Source: a bacterium (lineage in GTDB: Bacteria > SAR324 > NAC60-12). From it: a stretch of 64,000 bases of DNA. The notes under the pieces were generated by a model, which had not been told where the DNA came from, searched no databases, and saw only the letters and a program-made list of their open reading frames with translations. A program made the position numbers and the translations under genes. The stretch spans positions 3,456,001-3,520,000 of the forward strand of contig OZ242383.1 in assembly GCA_965209155.1 (NCBI GenBank), written 5' to 3'. Shown here one piece after another: positions 1-9,396 of the stretch; positions within the stretch are counted from its first letter, which is position 1, and each line of letters starts with the position of its first letter.

Positions 1-131
1 ACAGTCTGATTGTCGAGGGACATCTGCTAATGGGTCCTTCATAGTTATTATGTAAACCAGACAGTCTCTGAGGATTGTGATAATAATGAAGTTTATCAAA
101 AAATAAACAACCCTTTTCAAAGGAGACTGTC

Positions 132-311
132 ATGAAAAAAGATAACATTGAATCATTATCAGGCCAAACCCTTTTTGTTGGCATTGACGTGCATAAGAAG
201 AGTTTTCACGTAACCCTTTCGCACCTTCTTGAGTTTTCATGGAAAAAAGCTTCCCTCCGATCAGGGATTCTGGAGTCGGGCCTTTTTATCAGAGTTAAGT
301 CAGTTATGTGA
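132..311 (+). pseudogene. IS110-family transposase, N-terminal fragment
   Basis: AGGAG RBS at 121-125, ATG at 132. Translates MKKDNIESLSGQTLFVGIDVHKKSFHVT, which has the GIDVHK first-Asp motif of the DEDD IS110 domain, then diverges and stops after 59 aa. Confidence 0.7.
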
Positions 312-329
312 AGGGGCAGTCCATCAAAC

Positions 330-665
330 TCACCACGGGAAGATTAAAAGCATCACAAAGCTGTAGAAACCGTGCTCCTTTATCCGCTCCTCCCTATTGA
401 TGGCTCCCGCCAGATGGTAGGGATTGTTGGCCATCAATCCGAATGGACGGCCTTCGATTCGATTCAACTCGGTGATAATCCCAATCCCGAAATCTTTACG
501 GATCTCCTGCACCGAATCGCGATCAGCCAGGGGCTCGATGATATCCCGCACATTAATTAAGGATTGCTTCCTTTCTATTGGCATTTTTGCTAGATTCGTT
601 AAGGCTTTTGACTTAGTTGAATTCCATACAATAAAGAAGAATAAAGCCTCTTTCAACTCATCCAT
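330..665 (-). pseudogene. Acyl-CoA carboxyltransferase domain fragment
   Basis: IIEPLADRDSVQEIRKDFGIGIITELNRIEGRPFGLMANNPYHLAGAI resembles the carboxyl transferase beta domain; only a short internal piece remains. Confidence 0.55.
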
Positions 666-681
666 GAATTGATATTTGATT

Positions 682-930
682 ATGAGTCCGACGATATTGA
701 TAGATCAAGGATATCGATTTTTCTTTTTCTCTCGTGAAGAGCCAGGAATGCATGTGCATGTACATTCCGCTATGGGTGAAGCAAAATACTGGCTGGAACC
801 AGAATTAGAGTTAGCAAAAAACTATCAGCTGTCTCGTCGGCAATTGAAGAAAATAGAAAAAATTATTGAGGAGCATTTTGATGAAATCAGAAACGCTTGG
901 CATCAACATTTCGGGAACAGAAGTGACTAA
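682..930 (+). CDS. DUF4160 domain-containing protein (putative toxin of a TA pair)
   Basis: MSPTI...GYRFFFFSREEPGMHVHV...GEAKYWL...NAWHQHFG is typical of DUF4160; overlaps the next ORF. Confidence 0.8.
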   Translation: MSPTILIDQGYRFFFFSREEPGMHVHVHSAMGEAKYWLEPELELAKNYQLSRRQLKKIEKIIEEHFDEIRNAWHQHFGNRSD

Positions 931-1147
931 CGTTTCATCTCACGGTGTGTGGCTATTATCAAATGGAAAAGAATTGTTCATGCCGTATAAAGAATTTCCT
1001 TGGTTTAAGGTTAGTTCGATTTATCAGGTTCTCAATGTAGAGGAAATATCTCCTGGTCATTTTTATTGGCCGGATCTGGATATTGATCTTAGTATTGAAA
1101 CCATCGAACATCCAGAGCGATTTCCATTAAAATCAATCAATGCATAA
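881..1147 (+). CDS. DUF2442 domain-containing protein (putative antitoxin)
   Basis: EVTNVSSHGVWLL...LFMPYKEFPWF...HFYWPDLDIDLS...IEHPERFPL is typical of DUF2442; usual partner of DUF4160. Confidence 0.8.
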   Translation: MKSETLGINISGTEVTNVSSHGVWLLSNGKELFMPYKEFPWFKVSSIYQVLNVEEISPGHFYWPDLDIDLSIETIEHPERFPLKSINA

Positions 1148-1152
1148 CAAAT

Positions 1153-1397
1153 TATTTAAATAATGCGCACAGATGCAACCGTTTTCCAACCTGGTCTTGC
1201 TAAAAATTTCATTAAACAGCGGTGAAAACTGCCTGAAGTGGGTCGGTCCTTCAATAGGGGCTCAAGAGAAACCCAAAGCCGCTGCCATTTTGTCGTCGTG
1301 AATAGAGCTGTGCCCGTCGTAGGTTTGCTCTTGCAACATCTGACGTGGTAATCGGTAGTTACCCACAGAGGGCACGTTTGCTGCTTAATACTTTCAT
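1153..1397 (-). pseudogene. Degraded fragment of a conserved hypothetical (possibly hot-dog fold) protein
   Basis: A minus frame reads PRQMLQEQTYDGHSSIHDDKMAAALGFS*APIEGPTHF..GCICAHY, with an in-frame stop and a frameshift after the ATG at 1397. Confidence 0.35.
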
Positions 1398-1699
1398 CGT
1401 TCTCCCCTTTCTTGTTTCTCATAGCGAAATCCCGACATTTTTTCAACCATTTGCCAAACTTTGTCAGAAAGATGCATTTTGGGCACCCTCACGCCGGTCT
1501 TTGCCAAAGTGGCCATCACCTGATATTCCCTTTGCACCATGCCCTTTAAGTTCAGGCGATGCGTGACAATCGGGTCGTCATATTGGAACTTCGACTAAAC
1601 TGCCTTCTGCCGCTGTCTCTAAGGCGATAATGATGTCTTCAACTCTTCATACTCAAGTTGTTGAATTGGGAATTTCAAGTATAGCAGTAAGTCGCGCCA

Positions 1700-2335
1700 T
1701 TAAAAATCTGCAGTGACACCTGTTAATCTATTTCGAGGGTCGTCGATGATCACTTCTTCCTGAAAGTAGGGACTGAACCCTGCTTTTTGATAAGTATCCA
1801 TTGCACTTGGAGAATCAAAATTGCAGGTGTGCACCCAGACACGCTCGGGCTTCTCCAGCCATGCCGTTTCAACAGTCCATTCGAGAAAATAGCGACCAAG
1901 CCCGCGTCCAATAAATTCTGGAGTCAATCCAAAGTAGGCGATTTCAATCTCATTGTCTACCCTCAAATCCAATTCGCTGTAACCCGCGGGCGTTCCACTG
2001 ACATATAGAACGAAAATTCGAACTTTAGGATTTTTGATGATTTCTTCGAGTTCCTGATCGTTCATTTGCTTACGCTCATACCACATCCACGGCTCGCCGA
2101 CTGCATCGTATAGATACCTGTAGAACTTAACGTTTGGGTCGTGACTGCGTATGATTGACAGTTGTTCAGATCGATGTGACCTGTGTCCGTAACGAGGCGA
2201 TTTCTTCATCTCCAGATGGGTAACTATCATTCGAAGTTTTCCAGAGGGAAGTGCCTCAACATCCTTATATGTATGACCTTCCGCATCACGAAACAAACTG
2301 ACTGGATTTTCCTGATTTTGTTTTGAATCTGGCAT
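1700..2335 (-). CDS. GNAT family N-acetyltransferase
   Basis: EIAYFGLTPEFIGRGLGRYFL acetyl-CoA motif A; RVWVHTCNFD...YQKAGF. Confidence 0.85.
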   Translation of the reverse strand: MPDSKQNQENPVSLFRDAEGHTYKDVEALPSGKLRMIVTHLEMKKSPRYGHRSHRSEQLSIIRSHDPNVKFYRYLYDAVGEPWMWYERKQMNDQELEEIIKNPKVRIFVLYVSGTPAGYSELDLRVDNEIEIAYFGLTPEFIGRGLGRYFLEWTVETAWLEKPERVWVHTCNFDSPSAMDTYQKAGFSPYFQEEVIIDDPRNRLTGVTADF

Positions 2336-2429
2336 TAACAACTACCACGGCTTCCGGACTGATTTCGACATTAGCATCTTCCTACTATGAAAGCATCAGT
2401 CAAGTCGGTAATGAATAAATTCCTAACTA

Positions 2430-4367
2430 GTGTCTGGCAGAAAATTACAATTTTACTAATAGGAGATGTAGAACTCGCGAGAATAGCCATTCTTGAACAG
2501 GCCATATTTTAGAGAATTGAAGCTTTTTTTCTTTGAGATCCCCACTTTTTTGTTAATCCTCTTTTTTTGGGCAAACCCCTCCCCTCTTATTTTAGAATGA
2601 GGAGTCGTCCTTTGGTTCAGGCCGCTTTTTTGTAGGGTCCTCGTTTACGACGCTGCCGTTCTTTTTGTTGTTCACACAGGACGGTGCCGAGACGGTGGAT
2701 GTTTTTTGCAAGCACAGCCAGAGCGACATAGCGTTCGAACCCCTTGATCCCATGATCCGGACATCGGTCGAGTCCGTGCACTTCCAGAGCGTTGATGGCG
2801 GATTCGACCGCAGCGTGTTGGCGGCGCAGGAGTTTGAATTCCCGGGAATCTTCTCTCTGCCTGTCTGCTTTGCTCAACTTGCCTTTTTTGGGAAGCACGA
2901 CAAGATCCAGCAGTGCTTTGAGTTCACGCTGATTCTGCGGGCTGTGAGCGCCTTTGTCCCAACTCACGACCGCAAGCTCGGGGAAGCGTTTTTTGCTTTC
3001 TTCGACGATTTTCACGGCCACCTTCTCATCGGTCTGCCTGCGCATCACCTGATGGTGAAGGATGAATTGATCCTGGTCCTCGATGAGGTTGACCCTCAGT
3101 CCGAGTTCCACTGGCACTCCCGCCTTGCCCTTGCTGATCCACTCGGTGTGGGGCTCGAAGATGGAAAAGATTTTTTCATGATGAGGGATGGTTTTGTTGA
3201 AACACACCCTGCGGATGATTTGGCTCATGAGTGTTTTTGCAGAGCCCATGTACTCCCGCAAGCGCAGCAGCTTCAAGGGGGAGCGCACCCGTTTTTCCAA
3301 AAGCCCCAGGCTTGTCTGGACCCGCAGGTGATACCCCTTGGCCATGAGAACGTATTTGAGATATTCTTTGCGCCTCTTTTCTTCACGGGCACGCTTTATT
3401 TGCTCAACTTTCGAAGTGGAAGGCCTGAGCTTTTGGATGAGACGATACTGCTTTTTGAACTGCCTGATGTTGAACCGATATTGTCGCCAGCCCTCCAACT
3501 GGCAACTCCGTGAAAGCCTGGCGCATTCTTCAATCGTCTTGCGTACGGCGTCGAAGAGCAGGTTGATGTCGGTCGGATAATGTACATTGGTTTCAACCAC
3601 AAAGGAGTCGCAGCGAGCACGTAGAGCCTTGCTTGAATCATGAAGTTCAATCTTCTCCTCCGTGAGATTTCGGGTTGGCCCATCTTTTGGGACGTTTTTT
3701 TTTACCAGCCCATGTCCGGCTTTGACAACCAACTGATTGATCTCATCAAGAATCTCAGGTGTGAAAAGACGCAGGTTATCCTTGATCGTCTGTCGGTTGT
3801 AGGTCGTTTTATCTTCCCACCCTCCATGTCCGAGCATCTGCCGGATGGTGTCGTGATGGTTAGCCAACTCATGGATGCGGTCGTAATCGGTGTTGAGACC
3901 CAGGCGCAGTACGCCAAGCACCAGAATCTTCCACTGCTCCCCCGGGACGCCCAAGACGGGGGTCCGCTTTGCGATGCCTGTCTTCGTTGCTCAGGCCCGC
4001 TCCGCTTCGCGATGGAATGACCCGTTCCAGAACTTTGAATACCGATGCGCGTAATGCTGGCGTGGTGTATATGTATTGCAAACCGCGAAGGATAGGGGGG
4101 ATGTCATCACGGGATTTGAGATCCAACTCGATGGCGGCAATGTCGACTTCGCCAAACTTCATCTGGGGGTCACGTATGGTGCGCATAAAATTTCAAATCT
4201 TGAAGATTTATGGAAAAACGAAAGAAACCACTCCGAAGAGACTGTAACTGCAACGATTGACCCTTCATGCGAGGGGGGGCGCACTCGGGTTTTTTCAAAT
4301 CTTCGCGTCACAAATATCAGTTTATCATCTTGATATAATTAATGAAAGACTTTTTTCTGCCAAACAC
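2430..4367 (-). mobile_element. Insertion sequence (ISNCY/IS5-like DDE), about 1.94 kb
   Basis: Terminal IRs GTGTCTGGCAGAAAA (2430-2444) and TTTTCTGCCAAACAC (4353-4367), 1 mismatch. 6-bp target duplication TAACTA at 2424-2429 and 4368-4373. Confidence 0.9.
2617..4186 (-). pseudogene. Frameshifted DDE transposase (ISNCY/IS5-like)
   Basis: N-terminal ORF (MRTIRDPQMKFGEVDI...GRPG) and C-terminal ORF (EQWKILVLG...DSFVVETNVHYPTD...WDKG...AVESAIN) are in different frames; the break is at a G run near 3940. Confidence 0.85.
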
Positions 4368-4415
4368 TAACTAGCCTACTATTCGTGGTCACGAAGGCCA
4401 ACATGTTACTTTTGA

Positions 4416-4662
4416 CGGATCTTCACCCCGGTGATTTCTGAGCAATGCCTTGATAATAGTGGGCTAGAGCTTATTTTTTGACAAAAATTGTAGTCACTAA
4501 AAAGTGCAATTTTGGGAAGATTTTCGTTGAATACGACTCAATTTCGGGTTAGAGTGTTTCCAAAATCGTTTGTTCTTTCAAAGAGTTATGTAGACACTAA
4601 GGATTTTTTAAAATTTATAGTAAAATCAGTCGGTTAGGTCTATACTCTGGGGTGAAAATCCG
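4416..4662. mobile_element. MITE-like non-coding element (about 247 bp)
   Basis: Imperfect terminal IR CGGATCTTCACCCCGG / CTGGGGTGAAAATCCG, flanked by direct repeat TTTTGA (4410-4415, 4663-4668); AT-rich interior with no ORF. Confidence 0.6.
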
Positions 4663-4721
4663 TTTTGACTGGCCTGGTATAATTATGTTGTGAGATTGGC
4701 AATAATCCTTCTTTCAAGGAT

Positions 4722-5801
4722 TCATTTTGCTTGAAGCGGCGTATGTATCGGTTCAGGCGTCTTGATGCGCCGGTTGGTTATCAGTTGCCCGCAGGCTCCT
4801 TGAATGTCCTGTCCTTTTGAAATCCGCAGGGTGGCGGTGACTCCATGATCGAGGAGGTAGTTTTGAAATGTCTGAATGCGATCCCAGGAGGGACGTTTGT
4901 ATTTACTACCGGAGGATTCGTTGTAGGGGATGAGGTTTATTTTGAACTTCAGGCCATGCAGGAGTCGAATCAAGCGTTTGGCATCCGCCATATCGTCGGT
5001 GAGGTCCTGGATCAGGATGTATTCGAAGGTAATCCGTTTTCGTGATTCGAGAGGGTATGCCAGACAGCCGGCGATCAATTTTTTCAGATCGTAAGTTTTG
5101 TTGACCGGCATCAATTGCGAGCGTATGGTGTCGTTGACCCCATTGAGCGAAACCGCCAGGTTGGCTTTCACCGATTCCTGACCGAAGCGGTTGATTTGAG
5201 GAACCAATCCCGAGGTGGAAACCGTGACTCGTCTTGAAGAAAAATTGAAGCCCACGTCGGCCAAGATGATTTCCAGCGTGGTGATGAGGTTGTCGTAATT
5301 GTGAAATGGCTCTCCCATGCCCATGAAGACGATGTTGCGCACCACTTCTCCATGCGGTAAGTCTTTCCATGCCTCCAGGATCTGGTCAATGATTTCACCC
5401 GCGCTGAGATTGCGAATCCATCCCATTTTCGCAGTCATACAAAAATCACAACCCATGGCGCATCCAACCTGGGAAGAAACGCAGACCGTATAATGGTCCC
5501 GGTGGGGCATCAGGACCGACTCGATATGCAATCCATCCTGCAAAGCAAAAGAATATTTGATCGAACCGTCTTCGGAATGCGCCTGCTGGGATCTTATGAG
5601 ACGGCTGATGAAAAAATGCCGCTCGAGTTTCTCCTTTAAGGTCTTGGACATATCGGTCATTTCTCCGAAATCCTCTACCCGCTTTTGGTATAACCAATGG
5701 AAGATCTGTCTGGCGCGAAAGGGCTTTTCACCATGAGTTACAAACCACTCGGTCAGTACTGGCAAGGTGAAATCTTTGATATTTTTTCGTGCAGTTTTCA
5801 T
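4722..5801 (-). CDS. rlmN: 23S rRNA/tRNA m2A methyltransferase RlmN
   Basis: CVSSQVGCAMGCDFC radical SAM motif, MGMGEP, C-terminal GACGQL. Confidence 0.96.
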   Translation of the reverse strand: MKTARKNIKDFTLPVLTEWFVTHGEKPFRARQIFHWLYQKRVEDFGEMTDMSKTLKEKLERHFFISRLIRSQQAHSEDGSIKYSFALQDGLHIESVLMPHRDHYTVCVSSQVGCAMGCDFCMTAKMGWIRNLSAGEIIDQILEAWKDLPHGEVVRNIVFMGMGEPFHNYDNLITTLEIILADVGFNFSSRRVTVSTSGLVPQINRFGQESVKANLAVSLNGVNDTIRSQLMPVNKTYDLKKLIAGCLAYPLESRKRITFEYILIQDLTDDMADAKRLIRLLHGLKFKINLIPYNESSGSKYKRPSWDRIQTFQNYLLDHGVTATLRISKGQDIQGACGQLITNRRIKTPEPIHTPLQAK

Positions 5802-5846
5802 AGGTAAATCTTTGGTTTTTTCTATACCAGCCCGCGACGTGCGGAA

Positions 5847-7025
5847 TCAACAGGTATGAGAAAAGCAAGACTCCATTCGCCGCTTGACCAAAAGCAGGAG
5901 TATGATCACAAGCACCGGCAACGTGAGCATGTTCAACCAATTCCACCCTACCAGATAAATAAGGGTGCCAGCGGAAAGAGAGGTAAGGGCTTGAATACCG
6001 AAAATTGTGAAATCACTGGTTGTCTGGGCTTTGAATCGCTCAGTCGGACGGTAATTGCGAGTGAGCAATATGGTGCCTCCCACAAACAGGAAATTCCAAC
6101 CTACCCCCAGTAAAACCAGCATCATCCAGTAGTGCAATAAATGGGAATGCAAGAGGGCAATGCTCACGCTAACGAAGAGAAGCAACACTCCGCTAATCAT
6201 CACCTGGAGCACACCAAATCGATGTACCAGGTGACCGGTGAACAAGGAAGGTAGATACATGGCAATCAAGTGACTTTGAATCACCCATGCCGTCTCGTCG
6301 AGTGAATATCCATCCATGATGTGCATGCTGATAGGCGTCGCAGTCATGATCAGACTCATCACGGCATATCCTACCACTCCCCCCAGAATGGCGGTGTAAA
6401 AAAGAGGTTGTATCAAAATAGCGCGAATTGGTCGTTCTTCTCCTTCAGCAATATTATCTTCGGGTTTGATATCTCTGAGGAAGCACAGCAGCAAGGCAGA
6501 CAAACAGTAGAGGAATGCCAAACTGATAAAAGATCCGGCATACAGTTTGAATTCCCAGAAATCTTTGGCACGTTTTGCCACTTCCGGCCCCAAATATCCT
6601 CCCAGGACTCCGCCCACCAGGACCAAGGAAATCGCTCTGCCGGTCCGGGAAGAATCTACGCTTTCTGCCGCGGCAAAGCGATATTGCTGGACAAAAGCCA
6701 TATTGCCGCCTATGAAAAAGACAGCAGCGCAAAATAGGAAAAAATTTTCTGTTTGAATCGCGTATGCCGCTCCCAGTGAGGCTAAAGCCGCTATACACAC
6801 CGCGAGTATAAAACCTGAACGACGGCCAATTTTCTTCATCAACAATGACGCCGGGATGGTAAACAATGCCATTCCGATGATCATCAAGGCAATTGGCAAT
6901 GTCGCCCAGGACGGATAAGGGGCTAAATCCGCGCCGATGATTCCACCCAAAAAAATCACAACGAGCGCTCCGGACATCCCCAATGCCTGACTGAAACCGA
7001 GTATGATTATGTTTCGATTGAGCAA
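5847..7025 (-). CDS. MFS transporter
   Basis: About 12 hydrophobic segments; KKIGRRSGF loop, QQYRFAAAE, LLGVGWNFLF. Confidence 0.9.
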   Translation of the reverse strand: MLNRNIIILGFSQALGMSGALVVIFLGGIIGADLAPYPSWATLPIALMIIGMALFTIPASLLMKKIGRRSGFILAVCIAALASLGAAYAIQTENFFLFCAAVFFIGGNMAFVQQYRFAAAESVDSSRTGRAISLVLVGGVLGGYLGPEVAKRAKDFWEFKLYAGSFISLAFLYCLSALLLCFLRDIKPEDNIAEGEERPIRAILIQPLFYTAILGGVVGYAVMSLIMTATPISMHIMDGYSLDETAWVIQSHLIAMYLPSLFTGHLVHRFGVLQVMISGVLLLFVSVSIALLHSHLLHYWMMLVLLGVGWNFLFVGGTILLTRNYRPTERFKAQTTSDFTIFGIQALTSLSAGTLIYLVGWNWLNMLTLPVLVIILLLLVKRRMESCFSHTC

Positions 7026-7034
7026 AATTTCTCT

Positions 7035-8516
7035 TCAAGAATTCTGTAAAATGGAATGACTGTCTGCAGACACAACAAAGGTGTTCTCTTTTTTTTGAAT
7101 GATGGGAGGGAACCAATGCGCAATGGCATTGGCGTAATAGGATAAAACTTCCAAGGAGTCGGGCGCCACCTGGTAGAGATCATCGCGTTGGTCGATCAAA
7201 TGGCGGATATGTAGCATTTTCAATGCGGTGGCGATGGTGTATTCCTCGGATTTTCTGGGAAATGAAATCATGACTTTCTGCGCGATCAAATGTTCGAGCA
7301 ATTGATACACCTGGACGTGAATTTCAACGATTGAAAACCGGGTGCATGGATTTCGCACAAAGAGCGTTGCGAGCAATGAAACCGGTAGAACCGGAATGAT
7401 CTGCTCAATGGTAGCAAGGAGTCGTTGCGCCAGAATTTCGACCTGAGCAAATCGTTGGGTGCGTTCGAGTTGACTGAAATTGATATCATGCTGCCGGCAA
7501 TAGTCCCTGGCAGAAACGGGGATACCAAAGTTGACGCAAGCAAACCCGAAGCGCTGCCATCGTTGTCGCGCCATCAGCACCAGGTTGTGACATACGAAGC
7601 CCAGTATGGTTTTCACGACAAATACTTTGCTTTTCTTTACGGCGTGGGGATCGAGCAGTCGCAAGAGAGTGCGATCCTCCAAAGTGCGATCATAATTGAC
7701 AGCGATGGGAACAAAAACCACGTCCCTTTCCCGATCAGAGTCGAATCCCCGTAGAATGTAGTCGATGAAGCCCAATTTTGGCGGGCAAAGTCTGCCATCC
7801 TTACTCAAACCGCCTTCAATGAATACGGCCTGACAGACCCCCTCTCGAGTCGCCATGTGCACATAACGCTCCAGAACACGCCGGTAAAGTTTGTTTCTGG
7901 AATTACGACGTACGAAAAAAGCACCGGTGGCTTTGATCAGCGTTTGCAAGGCCCAGACGCGGGCCCATTCTCCTACTGCATAAGAAAGAGCGGTGCGTTC
8001 AGCCATCAGGAAGGAGACCAGAATATAATCCATATTACTGCGGTGATTCATCACGAATACCACTGTACTTTGCGGATCAATGGAGGCAATCGCTTGTTCC
8101 TCCACAAAACCGACTCGCACCCGGTAAAACAAACGTGCTACTTTCTTGGCAATCCAGTATCCCGTCCTGAAATAAATATAAGCATTGAATGCCGGAACGA
8201 TTTCTGCTGCATAGTTCAGAACCTTGGCTTGAGCCATCTCCCTGGGAATTTGCTCTTCAAAGGCATGTTCGTGAATGGCCTCGATCACTTTGCCGTCATA
8301 AACAAGGCGGTCGATCAGCACCTGGCGTTTTGTCAGTTGAAAGGGTTTGATTTCTATTGCGAGCAGATTATTGATTTCATCCAACACCCGATTCACTCGC
8401 CTGCGCAAAAACCAGCGAACGCTGGGGAAGAGTATCCTGCTCGACAAGGACCACGCTGTCACAACCAGTAAGAGCGTGAAGAGCCAGAGGGGCATGTTGA
8501 TCGTGGTGTCCATCAT
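7035..8516 (-). CDS. Glycerol-3-phosphate/1-acylglycerol-phosphate acyltransferase (PlsB/PlsC family)
   Basis: NHRSNMD (HX4D), GAFFVRR, FIEGGLSKDG motifs; N-terminal TM helix. Start uncertain (8516 vs 8570). Confidence 0.88.
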   Translation of the reverse strand: MMDTTINMPLWLFTLLLVVTAWSLSSRILFPSVRWFLRRRVNRVLDEINNLLAIEIKPFQLTKRQVLIDRLVYDGKVIEAIHEHAFEEQIPREMAQAKVLNYAAEIVPAFNAYIYFRTGYWIAKKVARLFYRVRVGFVEEQAIASIDPQSTVVFVMNHRSNMDYILVSFLMAERTALSYAVGEWARVWALQTLIKATGAFFVRRNSRNKLYRRVLERYVHMATREGVCQAVFIEGGLSKDGRLCPPKLGFIDYILRGFDSDRERDVVFVPIAVNYDRTLEDRTLLRLLDPHAVKKSKVFVVKTILGFVCHNLVLMARQRWQRFGFACVNFGIPVSARDYCRQHDINFSQLERTQRFAQVEILAQRLLATIEQIIPVLPVSLLATLFVRNPCTRFSIVEIHVQVYQLLEHLIAQKVMISFPRKSEEYTIATALKMLHIRHLIDQRDDLYQVAPDSLEVLSYYANAIAHWFPPIIQKKENTFVVSADSHSILQNS

Positions 8517-8538
8517 TCGAATTCCGGTACGAAAAGAG

Positions 8539-9387
8539 CTACTTGGGAGGGGGATGAGGTAGGATTTCATTCAAAGAACCGGAACGAAATCCACCCAGGT
8601 CCAAGGTCACATATTGGTAACCGCAGGCCTTGAAACGCTCTTCAATTTGTTGGTGGAGTCGCAGCGCAATTTCAAATTCCTCCGGTAGGATTTCTATCCG
8701 CGCGATGGAATCGTGATGACGGACCCGACATTGGGAGAATCCCATGCGTTGCAAAATGGTTTCTGCCCGCTCTATTTGATTCAAAAGCGCGCGGGACACT
8801 GCCGTGCCATACGGGACTCGGCTGGAAAGACAGGCGGCTTGCGGTTTTTTTGCGTTTTCCATTCCGAGATAGGAAGCCAATTGTCGGATATCTTCTTTGC
8901 TGAATTGGCAATCGGCAAGAGGCGTTCGTACTCCATATTCCCGAGCTGCCAGGAGTCCGGGACGGTGATCTCCCAAATCATCCAGGTTGGTGCCATTGAC
9001 GATATAACGAAAATTTCCTGATTGGGCGATCTTTTTCAAATCCCGATAGAGCGTGGATTTGCAATAATAGCAACGATTGAGAGGATTTGCCGCGTAATGA
9101 GGGTTTTCCAATTCCTCCGTGTGGATAATTTGATGGGGCAGTTTCCAAGCAATCGTCAGCTCTTTTGTCAATTCCAGATCATCGCGCTTCAAGCTATCGG
9201 AAGCGGAGGTCACCGCTAATGCTCTGTCCTGCAGCACGTGACTGGCAACCCGGGCCACCAATGAGCTGTCTACACCACCGGAAAACGCGACCACGACGCT
9301 TCCCAAATCACGTAAACAGGATTGCAACGCGTCGTACTTGAGAGATAGTTCTTCAGAGAGACTTGAATTTTCCGTATGCGCCAACAT
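8539..9387 (-). CDS. larE: ATP-dependent sulfur transferase LarE (PP-loop)
   Basis: AFSGGVDSS PP-loop, NRCYYCK, DDLGDHRPG, AACLSSR, GFRSGSLN. Confidence 0.92.
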   Translation of the reverse strand: MLAHTENSSLSEELSLKYDALQSCLRDLGSVVVAFSGGVDSSLVARVASHVLQDRALAVTSASDSLKRDDLELTKELTIAWKLPHQIIHTEELENPHYAANPLNRCYYCKSTLYRDLKKIAQSGNFRYIVNGTNLDDLGDHRPGLLAAREYGVRTPLADCQFSKEDIRQLASYLGMENAKKPQAACLSSRVPYGTAVSRALLNQIERAETILQRMGFSQCRVRHHDSIARIEILPEEFEIALRLHQQIEERFKACGYQYVTLDLGGFRSGSLNEILPHPPPK

Positions 9388-9396
9388 AAAACCCTT

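Noticed and set aside
1400..1650. Possible phosphotransferase (APH-like) fragment VQREYQVMATLAKTGVRVPK on the minus strand
   Set aside because: Too short and degraded to support as a feature.
2665..3513. Long antisense ORFs over the transposase and housekeeping genes
   Set aside because: Shadow frames with no family motifs, opposite well-supported genes.
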